From NCBI RefSeq assembly GCF_965222475.1, contig NZ_CBDCUB010000001.1, positions 810,982-874,981 of the forward strand: DNA of 64,000 nucleotides, in the 5' to 3' direction. This DNA is from Candidatus Palauibacter sp. (lineage in GTDB: Bacteria > Gemmatimonadota > Gemmatimonadetes > Palauibacterales > Palauibacteraceae). The notes below the pieces were generated by a model, which was not told the DNA's origin, did no database searches, and saw only the letters and a list, made by a program, of their open reading frames with translations. Made by a program: the position numbers and the translations under genes. How positions within the stretch are numbered: the first letter of the stretch is position 1; the number at the start of each line of letters is the position of its first letter. Positions 28,903 through 38,605 of this stretch are shown here, one piece after another.

Positions 28903-30237
28903 ATGGACAGCGGCAGCGGGCGGAAAATGAGCGAGACGGGCGGAGGAGAGGGGACGGACGCGTCGATCCCGGGGAAGATCCGGAAGCGACGCATGCTGCA
29001 GATCGCGCTCATCTACCTGGGCGCGGGGTGGCTGTGCGTCGAGATCACCGACTTCATCGTCGGGAACTACGGGTTCTCCAGGAAGATCCTCGACACCGTC
29101 GTCTTCCTTTCCATTCTCGGCTTCCCCGCCTTCCTCATCATCGGTTGGTTCCACGGCGAGAAGGGCCCGCAACGGATCCGCCGCGCCGAGAGGTGGCTGC
29201 TGGTCACGCTGGCTTCGCTGGGGGCGATCGGCACGTACCGAATCGCCACGGCCGAACCCACCGCGGGTGACGGCGTTGAGGCCCCTGCGGTCCGGGCTGC
29301 CGCGGATGGGACGGGAGATGCGATCACCGCCGCCGGGGAGATGCCCGACCTGGGCCCGAGTTCGCTGGCGGTCCTCCCCTTCCGGAACAACGTGCCCGAT
29401 CCGGAGCTGCAGTGGCTGGGCGCGGGCCTCGCGGACCTGCTGACGACCAACCTGGCGCAACGGCCCGACGTGGTGGTGGTCGGGCGGCAGAGTCTGTACG
29501 ACATCCTGACCGAAGGCGGACTCTCCGAAGAGGAGGAGATCCCGGAAGCGCTGGCGATGACGGTCGCGCGGAGAGCCGGGGCCCGGCTGCTCCTGTGGGG
29601 AAGCGTGACCGGGGCCCCCGACGACATGCGCATCGACGCCCACGTGATCGAACTCGAGGGCGGCACGATCTGGTGGGCCGATTTCGCGCGCGGCGGCGAC
29701 GTGTTCGAACTCGTGGATTCGCTGACGGTGGGCCTCGCGACCCAGCTGACCGGCGTGCGGCCGCCGCTGGAGGCTGCCCGCATCAGCCACCTCGGCACAC
29801 AGGACCTGGAGGCGCTGGGCGCGTTCCACCGCGCAAACGCCCTCGCCCGGGCCGGCCGACTCGAGGAGGCCGAGGCGCACTTCGAGCGAGCCGCTACGAT
29901 CGACAGCGCTTTCGCCCTCCCCCTGCTCGCATCGCGCGGCGAGTTCGCGAGCGACGAAGCCGAGCCGTCCGAGGAGGACCGGACGGAATCCGAGCGCCGT
30001 CGAGCCTCATGGCGGGAGCGCCGCGAGGCTCAGCTCTTCCGGCGGCTGCCGGATGAAGTGAAGAGCCGACTCGCGGGTCTGAGCGGCGAGGCACTGCGCG
30101 CCGCCGTGGACTCGCTGTGGGCCCGCTCCCGCTCCGCTCTGGACCTGCTTTCCGGCCAACGTCCGCCCGGCGGGACGCGACCGACCGGCCCGCCCCCGAA
30201 CCGGCCGCCACCGCGCGACCCCACACAATCCCGATAG
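28903..30237 (+). CDS. Membrane protein with a TolB-N-like/TPR periplasmic domain
   Basis: Two TM helices, then …SLAVLPFRNNVPDPELQWLGAGLADLLTTNLAQRPDVVVVGRQS…, which is the TolB-amino-terminal-like fold common in TPR regulators, followed by helical repeats. Start choice between 28903 and 28927 is uncertain. Confidence 0.55.
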   Translation: MDSGSGRKMSETGGGEGTDASIPGKIRKRRMLQIALIYLGAGWLCVEITDFIVGNYGFSRKILDTVVFLSILGFPAFLIIGWFHGEKGPQRIRRAERWLLVTLASLGAIGTYRIATAEPTAGDGVEAPAVRAAADGTGDAITAAGEMPDLGPSSLAVLPFRNNVPDPELQWLGAGLADLLTTNLAQRPDVVVVGRQSLYDILTEGGLSEEEEIPEALAMTVARRAGARLLLWGSVTGAPDDMRIDAHVIELEGGTIWWADFARGGDVFELVDSLTVGLATQLTGVRPPLEAARISHLGTQDLEALGAFHRANALARAGRLEEAEAHFERAATIDSAFALPLLASRGEFASDEAEPSEEDRTESERRRASWRERREAQLFRRLPDEVKSRLAGLSGEALRAAVDSLWARSRSALDLLSGQRPPGGTRPTGPPPNRPPPRDPTQSR

Positions 30238-30313
30238 GCCGTCGGCACGATTCCGGCGCTCGGTGGGCTCTTCGAGCTTGCCTGCCGCGCCACGCCGTGC
30301 CACTACGTACGCC

Positions 30314-33300
30314 ATGAGCGGAACCAACAAGAAGCTCACAAATGCGGTGGAGCAGTACTTCACCGACCTGCGGCGGATTCGCGCCTCCGGCGGCGCCACC
30401 GGAGAGAGGTCGAGCTATCCGGCGCTGTCGAAGCTCCTCGACGCCGTCGGCGCGACGCTCAGGCCCAAGGTGTTCTGCGTGGCGGACATGGCCGACCAGG
30501 GCGCCGGCCACCCCGACTTCGGACTCTACAGCCAGCGACAGTTACAGCGGGGCGTTCCGCGAAAAGGACAGGCTCCCGAGCGCGGCGTCGTCGAGGTGAA
30601 GTCGCCCGGCGACGACATGCAGGAGACATTCCGAGAGCAGGTGGCGCGCTACGGCGAACGCTACCGGCTGGTCCTGGCGACGAACCAGAGAGAGTTCCGG
30701 CTCACCGCCGTCGAGGCGGGCGGAGTCACTTCGACGCTCGAGTCCTTCAGTCTCGCAGGCACCGAGGCAGCCTTCGCGCACAAGCTGGAGCATCCGCGCG
30801 CCTTCGCCCGCGAGAGCGGAGCCGGGCTTGGGGAGTACCTGTCTCGCGCGCTGTCCCATCGGGCTACGCTCGTCGACCCAAAGGATGTCGCTTGGCTCCT
30901 CGCCTCCTACGCGCGCGACGGGCTCGCGCGGGTCGAAGCGGCGGGCGACCCGCCTTCGCTGAGAGGGCTGCGCTCGGCGCTCGAAGAGGCCCTGGGCGTC
31001 CGGTTCGAAGGCGCGCGGGGCACGCGCTTCTTTCACTCCACGCTGGTACAGACGCTTTTCTACGGCATTTTCTCCGCGTGGGTGCTTTGGTCTCGCCACG
31101 ACGGATCGGATGATGCCCAGTCCGTGACCGAAGGCGGCCCGGCGCGGTTCAGTTGGAGGGAAGCCGTGTGGCACCTGCGCGCTCCGGTTCTCCGCGCCCT
31201 GTTCCAGCAGGTCGCCGATCCCGGGCGCCTGCAACGGCTGGGCCTCGTCGAAGTTCTGGATTGGACGGCGGCGGCGCTCGACCGGGTGGACCGGACGGCC
31301 TTCTTCTCCCGGTTCAATGAAGGCGAGGCCGTGCCGTATTTCTACGAACCGTTTCTGCAGGCGTTCGATCCCGAACTGCGAAAGCAACTCGGCGTGTGGT
31401 ACACACCCATCGAGGTCGTTCGCTACATGGTCGCGCGCGTGGACAAGGCGCTGAAGGACGATCTCGGTATCGCCGACGGGCTCGCGGCGGAGAACGTCTA
31501 CGTACTCGATCCCTGCTGCGGCACCGGGGCCTACCTGGCGGAGGTGCTCCGGCGGATCGGCGCCAATCTGGAGGGACAGGGCTTCGGCGCGCTTACCGGC
31601 GCGAGGGTGAAGCAAGCCGCGACCGAAAGGGTGTTCGGTTTCGAGATCATGCCTGCGCCCTTCGTCGTCGCGCACTTGCAGGTCGGCTTGACCATGCAGG
31701 ATCTGGATGCCGCGCTCTCAGACGACGGCGCGGAACGGGCCGGAATCTTCCTGACCAACGCTCTGACCGGCTGGGAGCCTCACACGAGCAAGCCGCTGCC
31801 GTTCCCGGAACTGGAGGAGGAACGCGACCGGGCCGAAAACGTGAAGCAGGAGACGCCGATCCTCGTGATCCTCGGCAACCCGCCCTACAACGGCTTCGCG
31901 GGCATGGCGGTGGACGAGGAAAGGGAACTGTCGCTCGCGTACCGCAAGACGAAACGCGTCCGCAGGCCCGAAGGGCAGGGGTTGAACGACCTCTACGTCC
32001 GCTTCTTCCGCATGGCGGAGAGGCGCATTGCCGAGAAGACGGGGCAGGGAGTGGTCTGCTTCATCTCCAACTATTCCTGGCTCGACGGACTCTCCTTCAC
32101 CGGGATGCGCGAGCGCTGCCTGGAGGCCTTCGACGAGATCCGCATCGATTGCCTGAACGGCGACAAATACCGAACCGGCAAGGTCGCCCCTGACGGCTCG
32201 CCCGACCCGAGTATCTTCTCGACGGAGGGCGATCCCGTCGGCATCCAGGTCGGAACCGCCATCGCGACTCTCGTGCGCAAGCCTGAGCACGCGCCCGCCA
32301 CCGACGTTGCTTTCCGGCATCTGTGGGGACGAGCTAAGCGGACGGAATTGACCGCCACGGCGGAAACGGAACCCTCCGCACTCTATGAAGGGGTCGGACC
32401 TATCTTGCCGCTTGGCCTCCCCTTTTCCCCGGTGGCGGTGAGTAGCGATTGGTTCAACTGGCCGAGGTTGCCCGACTTGCTGCCGACGGCATTTCCGGGC
32501 GTGCAAACCGGCCGCGACGCGTTTCTCGTTGACATCGATCTGGACCGACTGAAGTCGCGCGTTGCGGACTACTTCGATGCGGGGATCGGCCACGAAGAAA
32601 TCGCAAGGCGCTATCCGAGAGTGATGAAGACGACGGCGCGTTTCGATGCCCGCGGCGTTCGCAATGCGCTGGTTGAACGTGGCGGGCCCGATACCGCCGG
32701 GTTCATCCGCGTCGCCTACCGACCCTTCGACAACCGTTGGCTCTACTGGGAGAAAGACACTGAGCTGCTGGACAGGAAGCGCGCAGAGTACCGCCCCCAC
32801 GTGTTCGAAGGAAATCCGTGGTTGTCCGTGGCGCAGCACCTGCGGAAGGGAGCGGTAGAACCGCAAACGGTGTTCACTGAAGAAATGGGTTCGCGCCACC
32901 TAATAGAACGGGGCACGCTAATGTTCCCCGCTTGGTTGCGCGATGACGGGCTGGGGTTGGACCTGAGCGGATCGCGACGAGCAAACCTTTCCGCAAAGGC
33001 GCAGGGCTATCTGGACCAGGTCGGTGCCGGCGTTGACGACCTCTTCCACCATGTCCTGGCAGTGCTCCACGATCCCGGATACCGCGAGGCAAACGCTGGG
33101 GCGCTGCGCATGGAATGGCCGCGCATACCGCTTCCCGGCTGGCCCGATGGCGAAGCCGAGTGCGCTGCGCAGGCCTTCGCTGAATCGGCGGAGCGGGGCC
33201 GCAGACTCGCCGCACTGCTCGACTCGGAAGTGCCCGTCCCAGGCGTTACGCAGGGCAGCTTGTCTCCAGCCATGGCCGCCATTGCCGTCCCCGCCACGAC

Positions 33301-33718
33301 GGACGGTCGAAACATGGCGAGCGAAGACTTCGCGGTCACGGTCGGGTGGGGGCACTTCGGAGCCGGCAAGGCCGTGATGCCCGGCCAGGGTCGTGTCGTT
33401 GAGCGTCCCTTCTCCCCGGCGGAGGGCGAGGCAATGGGCGACAGCCTGCCTGCGCTCGGAGAGAGCACCTTCGATGTCTATCTCAACGCACGCGCCCTCT
33501 GGCGCAACGTTCCTGCTACGGTCTGGAACTACAAGTTGGGGGGTTATCAGGTCCTCAAGAAGTGGCTCTCCTACCGCGAGAGCGGCGTCCTCGGCAGGTC
33601 CCTGCAAATCGAGGAGATCCAGCACTTCACAGCCACGGCCCGGCGCATAGCCGCGATCGTTCACGCGGTTTCTGACCCGGAGAGCCCGCTACGCTCGTAC
33701 TGGCAGCGGAACCAGTGA
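30314..33718 (+). CDS. Type IIG/IIL restriction-modification fusion enzyme (MmeI-like)
   Basis: 1134 aa. N-terminus carries GHPDFGLY…GVVEVKSPG (a PD-ExK core matching MmeI's …D…EMKSRG). The centre has methyltransferase motif I (VLDPCCGTGAYL) and motif IV (ILGNPPYNG), i.e. gamma class. The long C-terminal region has a conserved W-x-Y-K-L-G-G-Y-Q-V-L-K-K-W-L block. GC is lower than the flanks. An alternative start is at 30263. Confidence 0.8.
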   Translation: MSGTNKKLTNAVEQYFTDLRRIRASGGATGERSSYPALSKLLDAVGATLRPKVFCVADMADQGAGHPDFGLYSQRQLQRGVPRKGQAPERGVVEVKSPGDDMQETFREQVARYGERYRLVLATNQREFRLTAVEAGGVTSTLESFSLAGTEAAFAHKLEHPRAFARESGAGLGEYLSRALSHRATLVDPKDVAWLLASYARDGLARVEAAGDPPSLRGLRSALEEALGVRFEGARGTRFFHSTLVQTLFYGIFSAWVLWSRHDGSDDAQSVTEGGPARFSWREAVWHLRAPVLRALFQQVADPGRLQRLGLVEVLDWTAAALDRVDRTAFFSRFNEGEAVPYFYEPFLQAFDPELRKQLGVWYTPIEVVRYMVARVDKALKDDLGIADGLAAENVYVLDPCCGTGAYLAEVLRRIGANLEGQGFGALTGARVKQAATERVFGFEIMPAPFVVAHLQVGLTMQDLDAALSDDGAERAGIFLTNALTGWEPHTSKPLPFPELEEERDRAENVKQETPILVILGNPPYNGFAGMAVDEERELSLAYRKTKRVRRPEGQGLNDLYVRFFRMAERRIAEKTGQGVVCFISNYSWLDGLSFTGMRERCLEAFDEIRIDCLNGDKYRTGKVAPDGSPDPSIFSTEGDPVGIQVGTAIATLVRKPEHAPATDVAFRHLWGRAKRTELTATAETEPSALYEGVGPILPLGLPFSPVAVSSDWFNWPRLPDLLPTAFPGVQTGRDAFLVDIDLDRLKSRVADYFDAGIGHEEIARRYPRVMKTTARFDARGVRNALVERGGPDTAGFIRVAYRPFDNRWLYWEKDTELLDRKRAEYRPHVFEGNPWLSVAQHLRKGAVEPQTVFTEEMGSRHLIERGTLMFPAWLRDDGLGLDLSGSRRANLSAKAQGYLDQVGAGVDDLFHHVLAVLHDPGYREANAGALRMEWPRIPLPGWPDGEAECAAQAFAESAERGRRLAALLDSEVPVPGVTQGSLSPAMAAIAVPATTDGRNMASEDFAVTVGWGHFGAGKAVMPGQGRVVERPFSPAEGEAMGDSLPALGESTFDVYLNARALWRNVPATVWNYKLGGYQVLKKWLSYRESGVLGRSLQIEEIQHFTATARRIAAIVHAVSDPESPLRSYWQRNQ

Positions 33719-34446
33719 GCGTGATCTTCTTCTTCGCGAAGTTCCTTGCCAAGGAAGCGTACGTCCATGACGTCATGGCTGGCAGGCTCCACGTGAATCG
33801 TCTGGCATGTTTCAAGGACTTCGAGGAAGAAGCGACCTGCAACCGCGGCGACAGGCATGAAGGTGTTGTACACTGGCTTCAGCCTGATGGGATACGCCTT
33901 GTTCTCAACGGACGCGACCTGACCCCCGATCTTGCGGGACCAGTCGAAATTGGAATGAGCTGGCTCAATCACATTCATGTATTCTGTCTCCATGCGGCTC
34001 ACAGCGGCAGCTTAGACCTAACCGACTTGACTTCTGGTACGATTGATGGCCTGAGGGAAAAGCTGGAGATACCCAGTGAATGTCGACAACTCGGCGAACA
34101 TGCAATTATAATCAGAAACGTTCGACAGTTTATTGATCGGATTGAGACTGCCGCCAAGCTCAAGGACCACCGAGTCCATCGGGGATTGGTCCGATACTAC
34201 AACCCAGACACGTTCCATGGACGCTTCGATGGCATCGAAGCGGCATTCAGAAAACGTGATGAATATAGACACCAACGAGAATACCGATTTGCCATCGATA
34301 CTCGGACTACTGGCGTTGATCCTCTGATTCTCAATATCGGAGATATCAGCGACATCGCAATCCCCTGCAAAACAGCCACTATCAATGATATGTTTTTGCG
34401 TGGCAGCATTGAGATCAAACGCCCAAGTCGAGGGGGGGCGATCTGA
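33715..34446 (+). CDS. Orphan 243-aa protein, low GC (~50%); function unknown
   Basis: The GTG start overlaps the RM gene stop (GTGA). Composition is non-shadow-like (F/K/I/N/H-rich), in sharp contrast to the ~70% GC background. No motif I can assign. Confidence 0.5.
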   Translation: MSVIFFFAKFLAKEAYVHDVMAGRLHVNRLACFKDFEEEATCNRGDRHEGVVHWLQPDGIRLVLNGRDLTPDLAGPVEIGMSWLNHIHVFCLHAAHSGSLDLTDLTSGTIDGLREKLEIPSECRQLGEHAIIIRNVRQFIDRIETAAKLKDHRVHRGLVRYYNPDTFHGRFDGIEAAFRKRDEYRHQREYRFAIDTRTTGVDPLILNIGDISDIAIPCKTATINDMFLRGSIEIKRPSRGGAI

Positions 34447-34497
34447 AGGGCGATACTTGTGGACTCCTGCGACAAGGAGGATCGACACCTGAACTGG

Positions 34498-36240
34498 CTA
34501 CGCGTCAGGCGTAGGTCGGTACTCGACGAGCGCGGACTGGCCGACAATGCTGACGGTCCGGACGAGCCGTTCGGCGCCGTCGGGGTCGGTGACCCGCAGT
34601 TCCTCACCCGGGAAGAAGTCGACGGGCTCACGTCGTCCCTCGTCGATGGCGAGGTTGCTCGCGTAGAGGTAGGTGCGGTCGAGCTTGTCCCGGATCGGGT
34701 TGAGGCTGCCCCTCAAGCCGGGGATCTCGCCTGTGCGTTCGCGAAAGATCGCCGACCTGCCAGCCGGCAGGGCGGAAAGCTCGATATCGAGCGGACCGTG
34801 GCTTGGAATCCATTCGGTCTCGACATGCGCCGCGTACCCCGCGGCGGCGGCGAAGACCGTCAGCGGAAGCTCGGTCGCATAGAGGTCGACGGTGACTTCA
34901 CCGCTTTCGCCGGTAGTTGCCGCCCTCCAGGTCTCGTTGGGGAACAGGACGAGCAGGTCGATGCCGGGCAACGGAGCACCGGCCTCGTGCGCGCGGATCA
35001 GGGCGGTCGCCGGGGTCGGCGTGGTGGGCGCGGCGGGAATCGTGAGGAACAGATCCGCGTCATCGACGACTCGATACAGGGGCTCCTCGCCACTCAGACG
35101 GCGGGTCTCTCTCATGATCGTCGGGACGCCGTCACCCCTTCGTTCCATGAAGAACTGCCGTCCGCCAGAACCGAGGATCTTCCCCGCCGGTATGCGGCCC
35201 AGCATCGAGGCGAGCGTCTGGTTACGGGTCGCCTGCCGGGAGGCCATGCTCTCGACCGTCAGGTTGTTCGGAAGAGCGCCGGGCGAGTTGATCTCGATGC
35301 GGTCGGCAAACATGGAGAGCCGTATCCGGCTACCGCGAATCGAGTAGTCTCGGTGCGCCACCGCGTTGACGACCGCTTCGAACAGCGCCCTCTCGCTGTA
35401 CTGCGGCAGATCGACACGGGCGGGCTGTTTGTGCGCGCCCACTCGCATATTGCGGACGGCGAACCTGACGGCCTCGGCGATCTGGCGGTGTAGCGGTCCG
35501 GTAATCGTGTGGGCATCCAGCTGGCCGGACGCCTGGTCCACGCCCCGGTATTGCGTGGCGCTGATGCACGCGTTGGGCAGCCATTCCTCGGGGGCGGCGG
35601 CGCACAGCAGCACGCCGGCGACCGTGGCGCGGAGGATCCCGCCCTCGTCCCGCGCCAGAAGCCCCATCTTCTCGAGGGCAAGTTTGGGATCGGCGGCGCC
35701 CTCCGAACTCAGCAGCGGCCCCCACAATGTCTTGTCCAGCGTGCGGAAACCGGTTCCCGGAACGGGCTGCTCGTCGAACCACAGAAAGCGCGCCTGAGAC
35801 CACCTCTGGGCGAGACGCAGACTCTCGTCGCTCGTCATCCTCCGCTTGGAACTGCCAAGACGGCGAAATGCGCCCCCCGGACTCTCGTGCAGAGCATAGC
35901 CGGGAGGGACCTCCACGATGAGAAGCGGCTTGCCGTCGATCTCTCCCCGGGAGGTGTCGATCTCGATTGGTGGCTTGACCGAATCGGTGCAGAGATTGAC
36001 CACGAGCTGTTCCAGCGCGTCCAGTTGGCGGCGGGTCATCCCCTGCACTTCGCCAGCATCGGTGACCCCGCAAAGCATGGCTCCGCCCCTGGCGTTCGCG
36101 AAGGCCGCCAGCTCGTCCGCGATGCTCTGCCCGTCCGGCCGGGCCGGGCGGTCGCCCCTGAACTCGAACTCCTCGAACTCCCAGTGGCTGTCTTGGCCCA
36201 GGCGGAGCCGTCGCCGGATCTCGTTTTCGTCGAATGTCAT
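34498..36240 (-). CDS. Schlafen-like AlbA_2 (putative DNA-binding) + HATPase_c_4 protein with an extra ~130-aa C-terminal domain
   Basis: Internal ATG at 36240 with GGAG 11 nt upstream (MTFDENEIRR…). N-terminus has …SWEFEEFEF…, the AlbA_2/'divergent AAA' fold. HATPase_c_4 motif …AVVNAVAHRDYS… is present. This family is often annotated 'RecG-like C-terminal/transcriptional regulator' and is frequent in defence islands. Confidence 0.75.
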   Translation of the reverse strand: MTFDENEIRRRLRLGQDSHWEFEEFEFRGDRPARPDGQSIADELAAFANARGGAMLCGVTDAGEVQGMTRRQLDALEQLVVNLCTDSVKPPIEIDTSRGEIDGKPLLIVEVPPGYALHESPGGAFRRLGSSKRRMTSDESLRLAQRWSQARFLWFDEQPVPGTGFRTLDKTLWGPLLSSEGAADPKLALEKMGLLARDEGGILRATVAGVLLCAAAPEEWLPNACISATQYRGVDQASGQLDAHTITGPLHRQIAEAVRFAVRNMRVGAHKQPARVDLPQYSERALFEAVVNAVAHRDYSIRGSRIRLSMFADRIEINSPGALPNNLTVESMASRQATRNQTLASMLGRIPAGKILGSGGRQFFMERRGDGVPTIMRETRRLSGEEPLYRVVDDADLFLTIPAAPTTPTPATALIRAHEAGAPLPGIDLLVLFPNETWRAATTGESGEVTVDLYATELPLTVFAAAAGYAAHVETEWIPSHGPLDIELSALPAGRSAIFRERTGEIPGLRGSLNPIRDKLDRTYLYASNLAIDEGRREPVDFFPGEELRVTDPDGAERLVRTVSIVGQSALVEYRPTPDA

Positions 36241-36495
36241 GGGTCTGCTCCGATGCCGGTCCCGCGCGCCATGCACGGGTACGAGCTTTCGGCGAAGGGT
36301 AACGGCCCGAGCGCGCCGGGTGGTAGCATCCCCCAGGCACGCGGTGGCCCGTTGATTGGACCTTTGACGCGGCGCGACCGGGCCCTTGGCGGGTGGACGA
36401 AGGCTGTGACAGCAGCCATGTTTCGAGAGACATGAGAGGATGGACGCGCGCCGCCTGTCCCGGGGGCGGCGTCCTCAGGGAACCAGGGAGGCCAC

Positions 36496-37662
36496 ATGAA
36501 GCGAAGGGCGTTTCTCCGAACCGGACTCACGGGCGCCGGCGTTGCCGGCATCGCCGCCGCACCCCTTGCCGCACCCCTCGCGGGGGCGACGGCGGCGCGC
36601 AGCCTCGACACCATCTTCAACCCCCGCCGTCCGGGACGTGACTACAACGGACCCGTCCGGCTGAGTTCGAACGAGAACCCGCTCGGCATCGCCCCGTCGG
36701 CGCGGCAGGCGATCGTCGACGGACTCGACGAGGCGAACCGCTATCCCGGCGCGACCGGCGAACTCGTGCGCGAGGCGCTCGTCGCGCGCCTCGGCGTCAA
36801 GCCGGGCCAGCTCTTCTTCGGCTCCGGCTCGACCGAGATCCTGCGCATCGCCGCGGCGGCGTGGGCGGCGCCAGGTGGCCGCCTCATCTACGCCGAGCCG
36901 ACGTACGAAGACGTCCCGAGGTACTCGCAGCCGTTCGCCTACGATCACGTCACGGTTCCGCTCACCAGCGACTACGCGCACGACGTCGACCGCATGCGCG
37001 AAGAGGCCGCCAAGTCGTCCGCGCCGAGCGTGATCTACTTCTGCAACCCGAACAACCCCACCGGTACGCTCACCTCGTCCAAGCCGATTGCGGACTGGAT
37101 CCGCGACGAGAGCGAGCAGCACCTCTTCCTCGTCGACGAGGCGTACTTCGAACTCGCGGACGATCCCGGCTACGAGACGTTCATCCCGCTCATCGAGCGC
37201 CATCCGAACCTGATCGTCGCCCGCACCTTCTCCAAGGTGTACGCGATGGCCGGGATTCGTCTCGGCTACGGGATCGCGCACGAGGCCACCGTCCAGCGGG
37301 TCCTCCCGTTCGCGACGCGGAATGCGCCCAACCACGTCGCGGGCGTCGCCGCCATCGCCTCGCTCGCCGACGCGGACTTCTTCGCCAAGAGCGTCGAGAC
37401 GAACAACGAGGCGAAGGCGGTCATGCACGACGCCCTCGGCCAGCTCGACATCGAGGTCCTGCCGAGCCACACGAACTTCATCATGCACCGCATCAAGGGC
37501 GAACTCGCGACCTACAACGAGCGCATGTACGAAGCCGGGTTCAACGTGGGCCGGCCCTTCCCGCCGATGACGGACTGGAGCCGGCTCTCGATGGGGCTCC
37601 CCTCGGACATGGAGAACCTTGCCGAGGTGATGATGGACTTCCGCAGGAAAGACTGGATCTGA
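36496..37662 (+). CDS. Tat-signal PLP-dependent aminotransferase (class I/II, HisC-like)
   Basis: MKRRAFLRTGLTGAGVAGIAAAPLAAPLAGA is a twin-arginine signal. LSSNENPLG, NPNNPTG and RTFSKVYAMAGIRLGY (PLP-Lys) are present. Confidence 0.85.
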   Translation: MKRRAFLRTGLTGAGVAGIAAAPLAAPLAGATAARSLDTIFNPRRPGRDYNGPVRLSSNENPLGIAPSARQAIVDGLDEANRYPGATGELVREALVARLGVKPGQLFFGSGSTEILRIAAAAWAAPGGRLIYAEPTYEDVPRYSQPFAYDHVTVPLTSDYAHDVDRMREEAAKSSAPSVIYFCNPNNPTGTLTSSKPIADWIRDESEQHLFLVDEAYFELADDPGYETFIPLIERHPNLIVARTFSKVYAMAGIRLGYGIAHEATVQRVLPFATRNAPNHVAGVAAIASLADADFFAKSVETNNEAKAVMHDALGQLDIEVLPSHTNFIMHRIKGELATYNERMYEAGFNVGRPFPPMTDWSRLSMGLPSDMENLAEVMMDFRRKDWI

Positions 37663-37746
37663 GACGAGGGCGGCGTCGCGAAGGCTGCGGCGCTGCCCTT
37701 TCTTTACGGGGTCCCGGGGCTCTCTTTCGGGCCGGGAATCGACCCG

Positions 37747-38502
37747 TCAGCGCGCGGTGGAGCGGCCGAGCGTCCTTTCCAGGTAGTCCCGGATGTGGCT
37801 CGCGGTCTCGGCGGAGATCCAGATCGAGCGGAGTTCGTCGTCGAGTTCGGCCGCGCGGCCCGGGGCCCGTGAGAGCTGTCTCTTCGTCAGGTCGTAGGTG
37901 GCCGCCGGGATCGAGGCCAGCTCCGCAGCCACCTTCCGCGCCCGCTGGATGAGCCGCTCCGCCGGTACGATCTCGTCCACGAAGCCGCGTTCCGCCGCGG
38001 TCTCCGGGCCGTAGGAGCGGCCGAGGAGCAGCACCTCGCGGTGATATCGCTGCGGAACCGCGGCGCGCACGATGTCGAGCGCCACCGCGGGGAAGGGGAC
38101 CCCGACCCGGAGTTCGGGCAGTCCGATGCGGCCGTTCCCCCGGGACATGACGCGGTAGTCGCACGCGCAGGCGATGACTCCGCCGCCGGCGATCGCGTGC
38201 CCGTTCACCGCCGCCACGACCGGTTTCGGAAAGGCGCGCAGCTTCGAGAACAGCACCCCGAGGCTCGCGAGCAGCGACTCGACGTACGCCGCGCCGCCGT
38301 TGACGACGCGGAACAGCTCGACCCCCGCCGAGAAGGCCGACCCCGTGCCCGTGAGGATGATCGCCTCGACCCCGCCGTCGTTCCGCACGCGATCGAACTC
38401 GGCGTTGAGCGCGTCCGAGAATTCCGCCGTGAGGACGTTCGCCGGCTCGCGCTCCATCCGGATGAGAGCCACGCCGCCGTCATCATTCCGCTGGATCATC
38501 AC
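37747..38502 (-). CDS. Enoyl-CoA hydratase/isomerase (crotonase) family protein
   Basis: 251 aa. The crotonase fold signature (…AIILTGTGSAFSAGVEL…PVVAAVNGHAIAGGGVIACACDYRVM…) is present. Confidence 0.85.
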   Translation of the reverse strand: MMIQRNDDGGVALIRMEREPANVLTAEFSDALNAEFDRVRNDGGVEAIILTGTGSAFSAGVELFRVVNGGAAYVESLLASLGVLFSKLRAFPKPVVAAVNGHAIAGGGVIACACDYRVMSRGNGRIGLPELRVGVPFPAVALDIVRAAVPQRYHREVLLLGRSYGPETAAERGFVDEIVPAERLIQRARKVAAELASIPAATYDLTKRQLSRAPGRAAELDDELRSIWISAETASHIRDYLERTLGRSTAR

Positions 38503-38576
38503 GCCTCCCGATCGTAGACCGTCGCGAGCCGGGCGTGGGTGGCCCTGTCACCCCTGACGATCTACTAAGAGATTAG

Positions 38577-38605
38577 TTGACAACACCCTCCGCCACATCT
38601 ACGCT
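38577..38605 (+). promoter_or_regulatory. Sigma70-like promoter candidate for the RND efflux operon
   Basis: TTGACA (38577-38582), a 17-nt spacer, then TACGCT (38600-38605), in an AT-richer patch. An AT-rich segment with TGATAG/CGATAGAT direct repeats further downstream (38730-38775) may be an operator. Confidence 0.3.

Noticed and set aside
34459-35493. 344-aa + strand ORF inside the AlbA_2/HATPase gene region
   Set aside because: Antisense to a well-supported 580-aa gene. R/G/D-rich junk composition.
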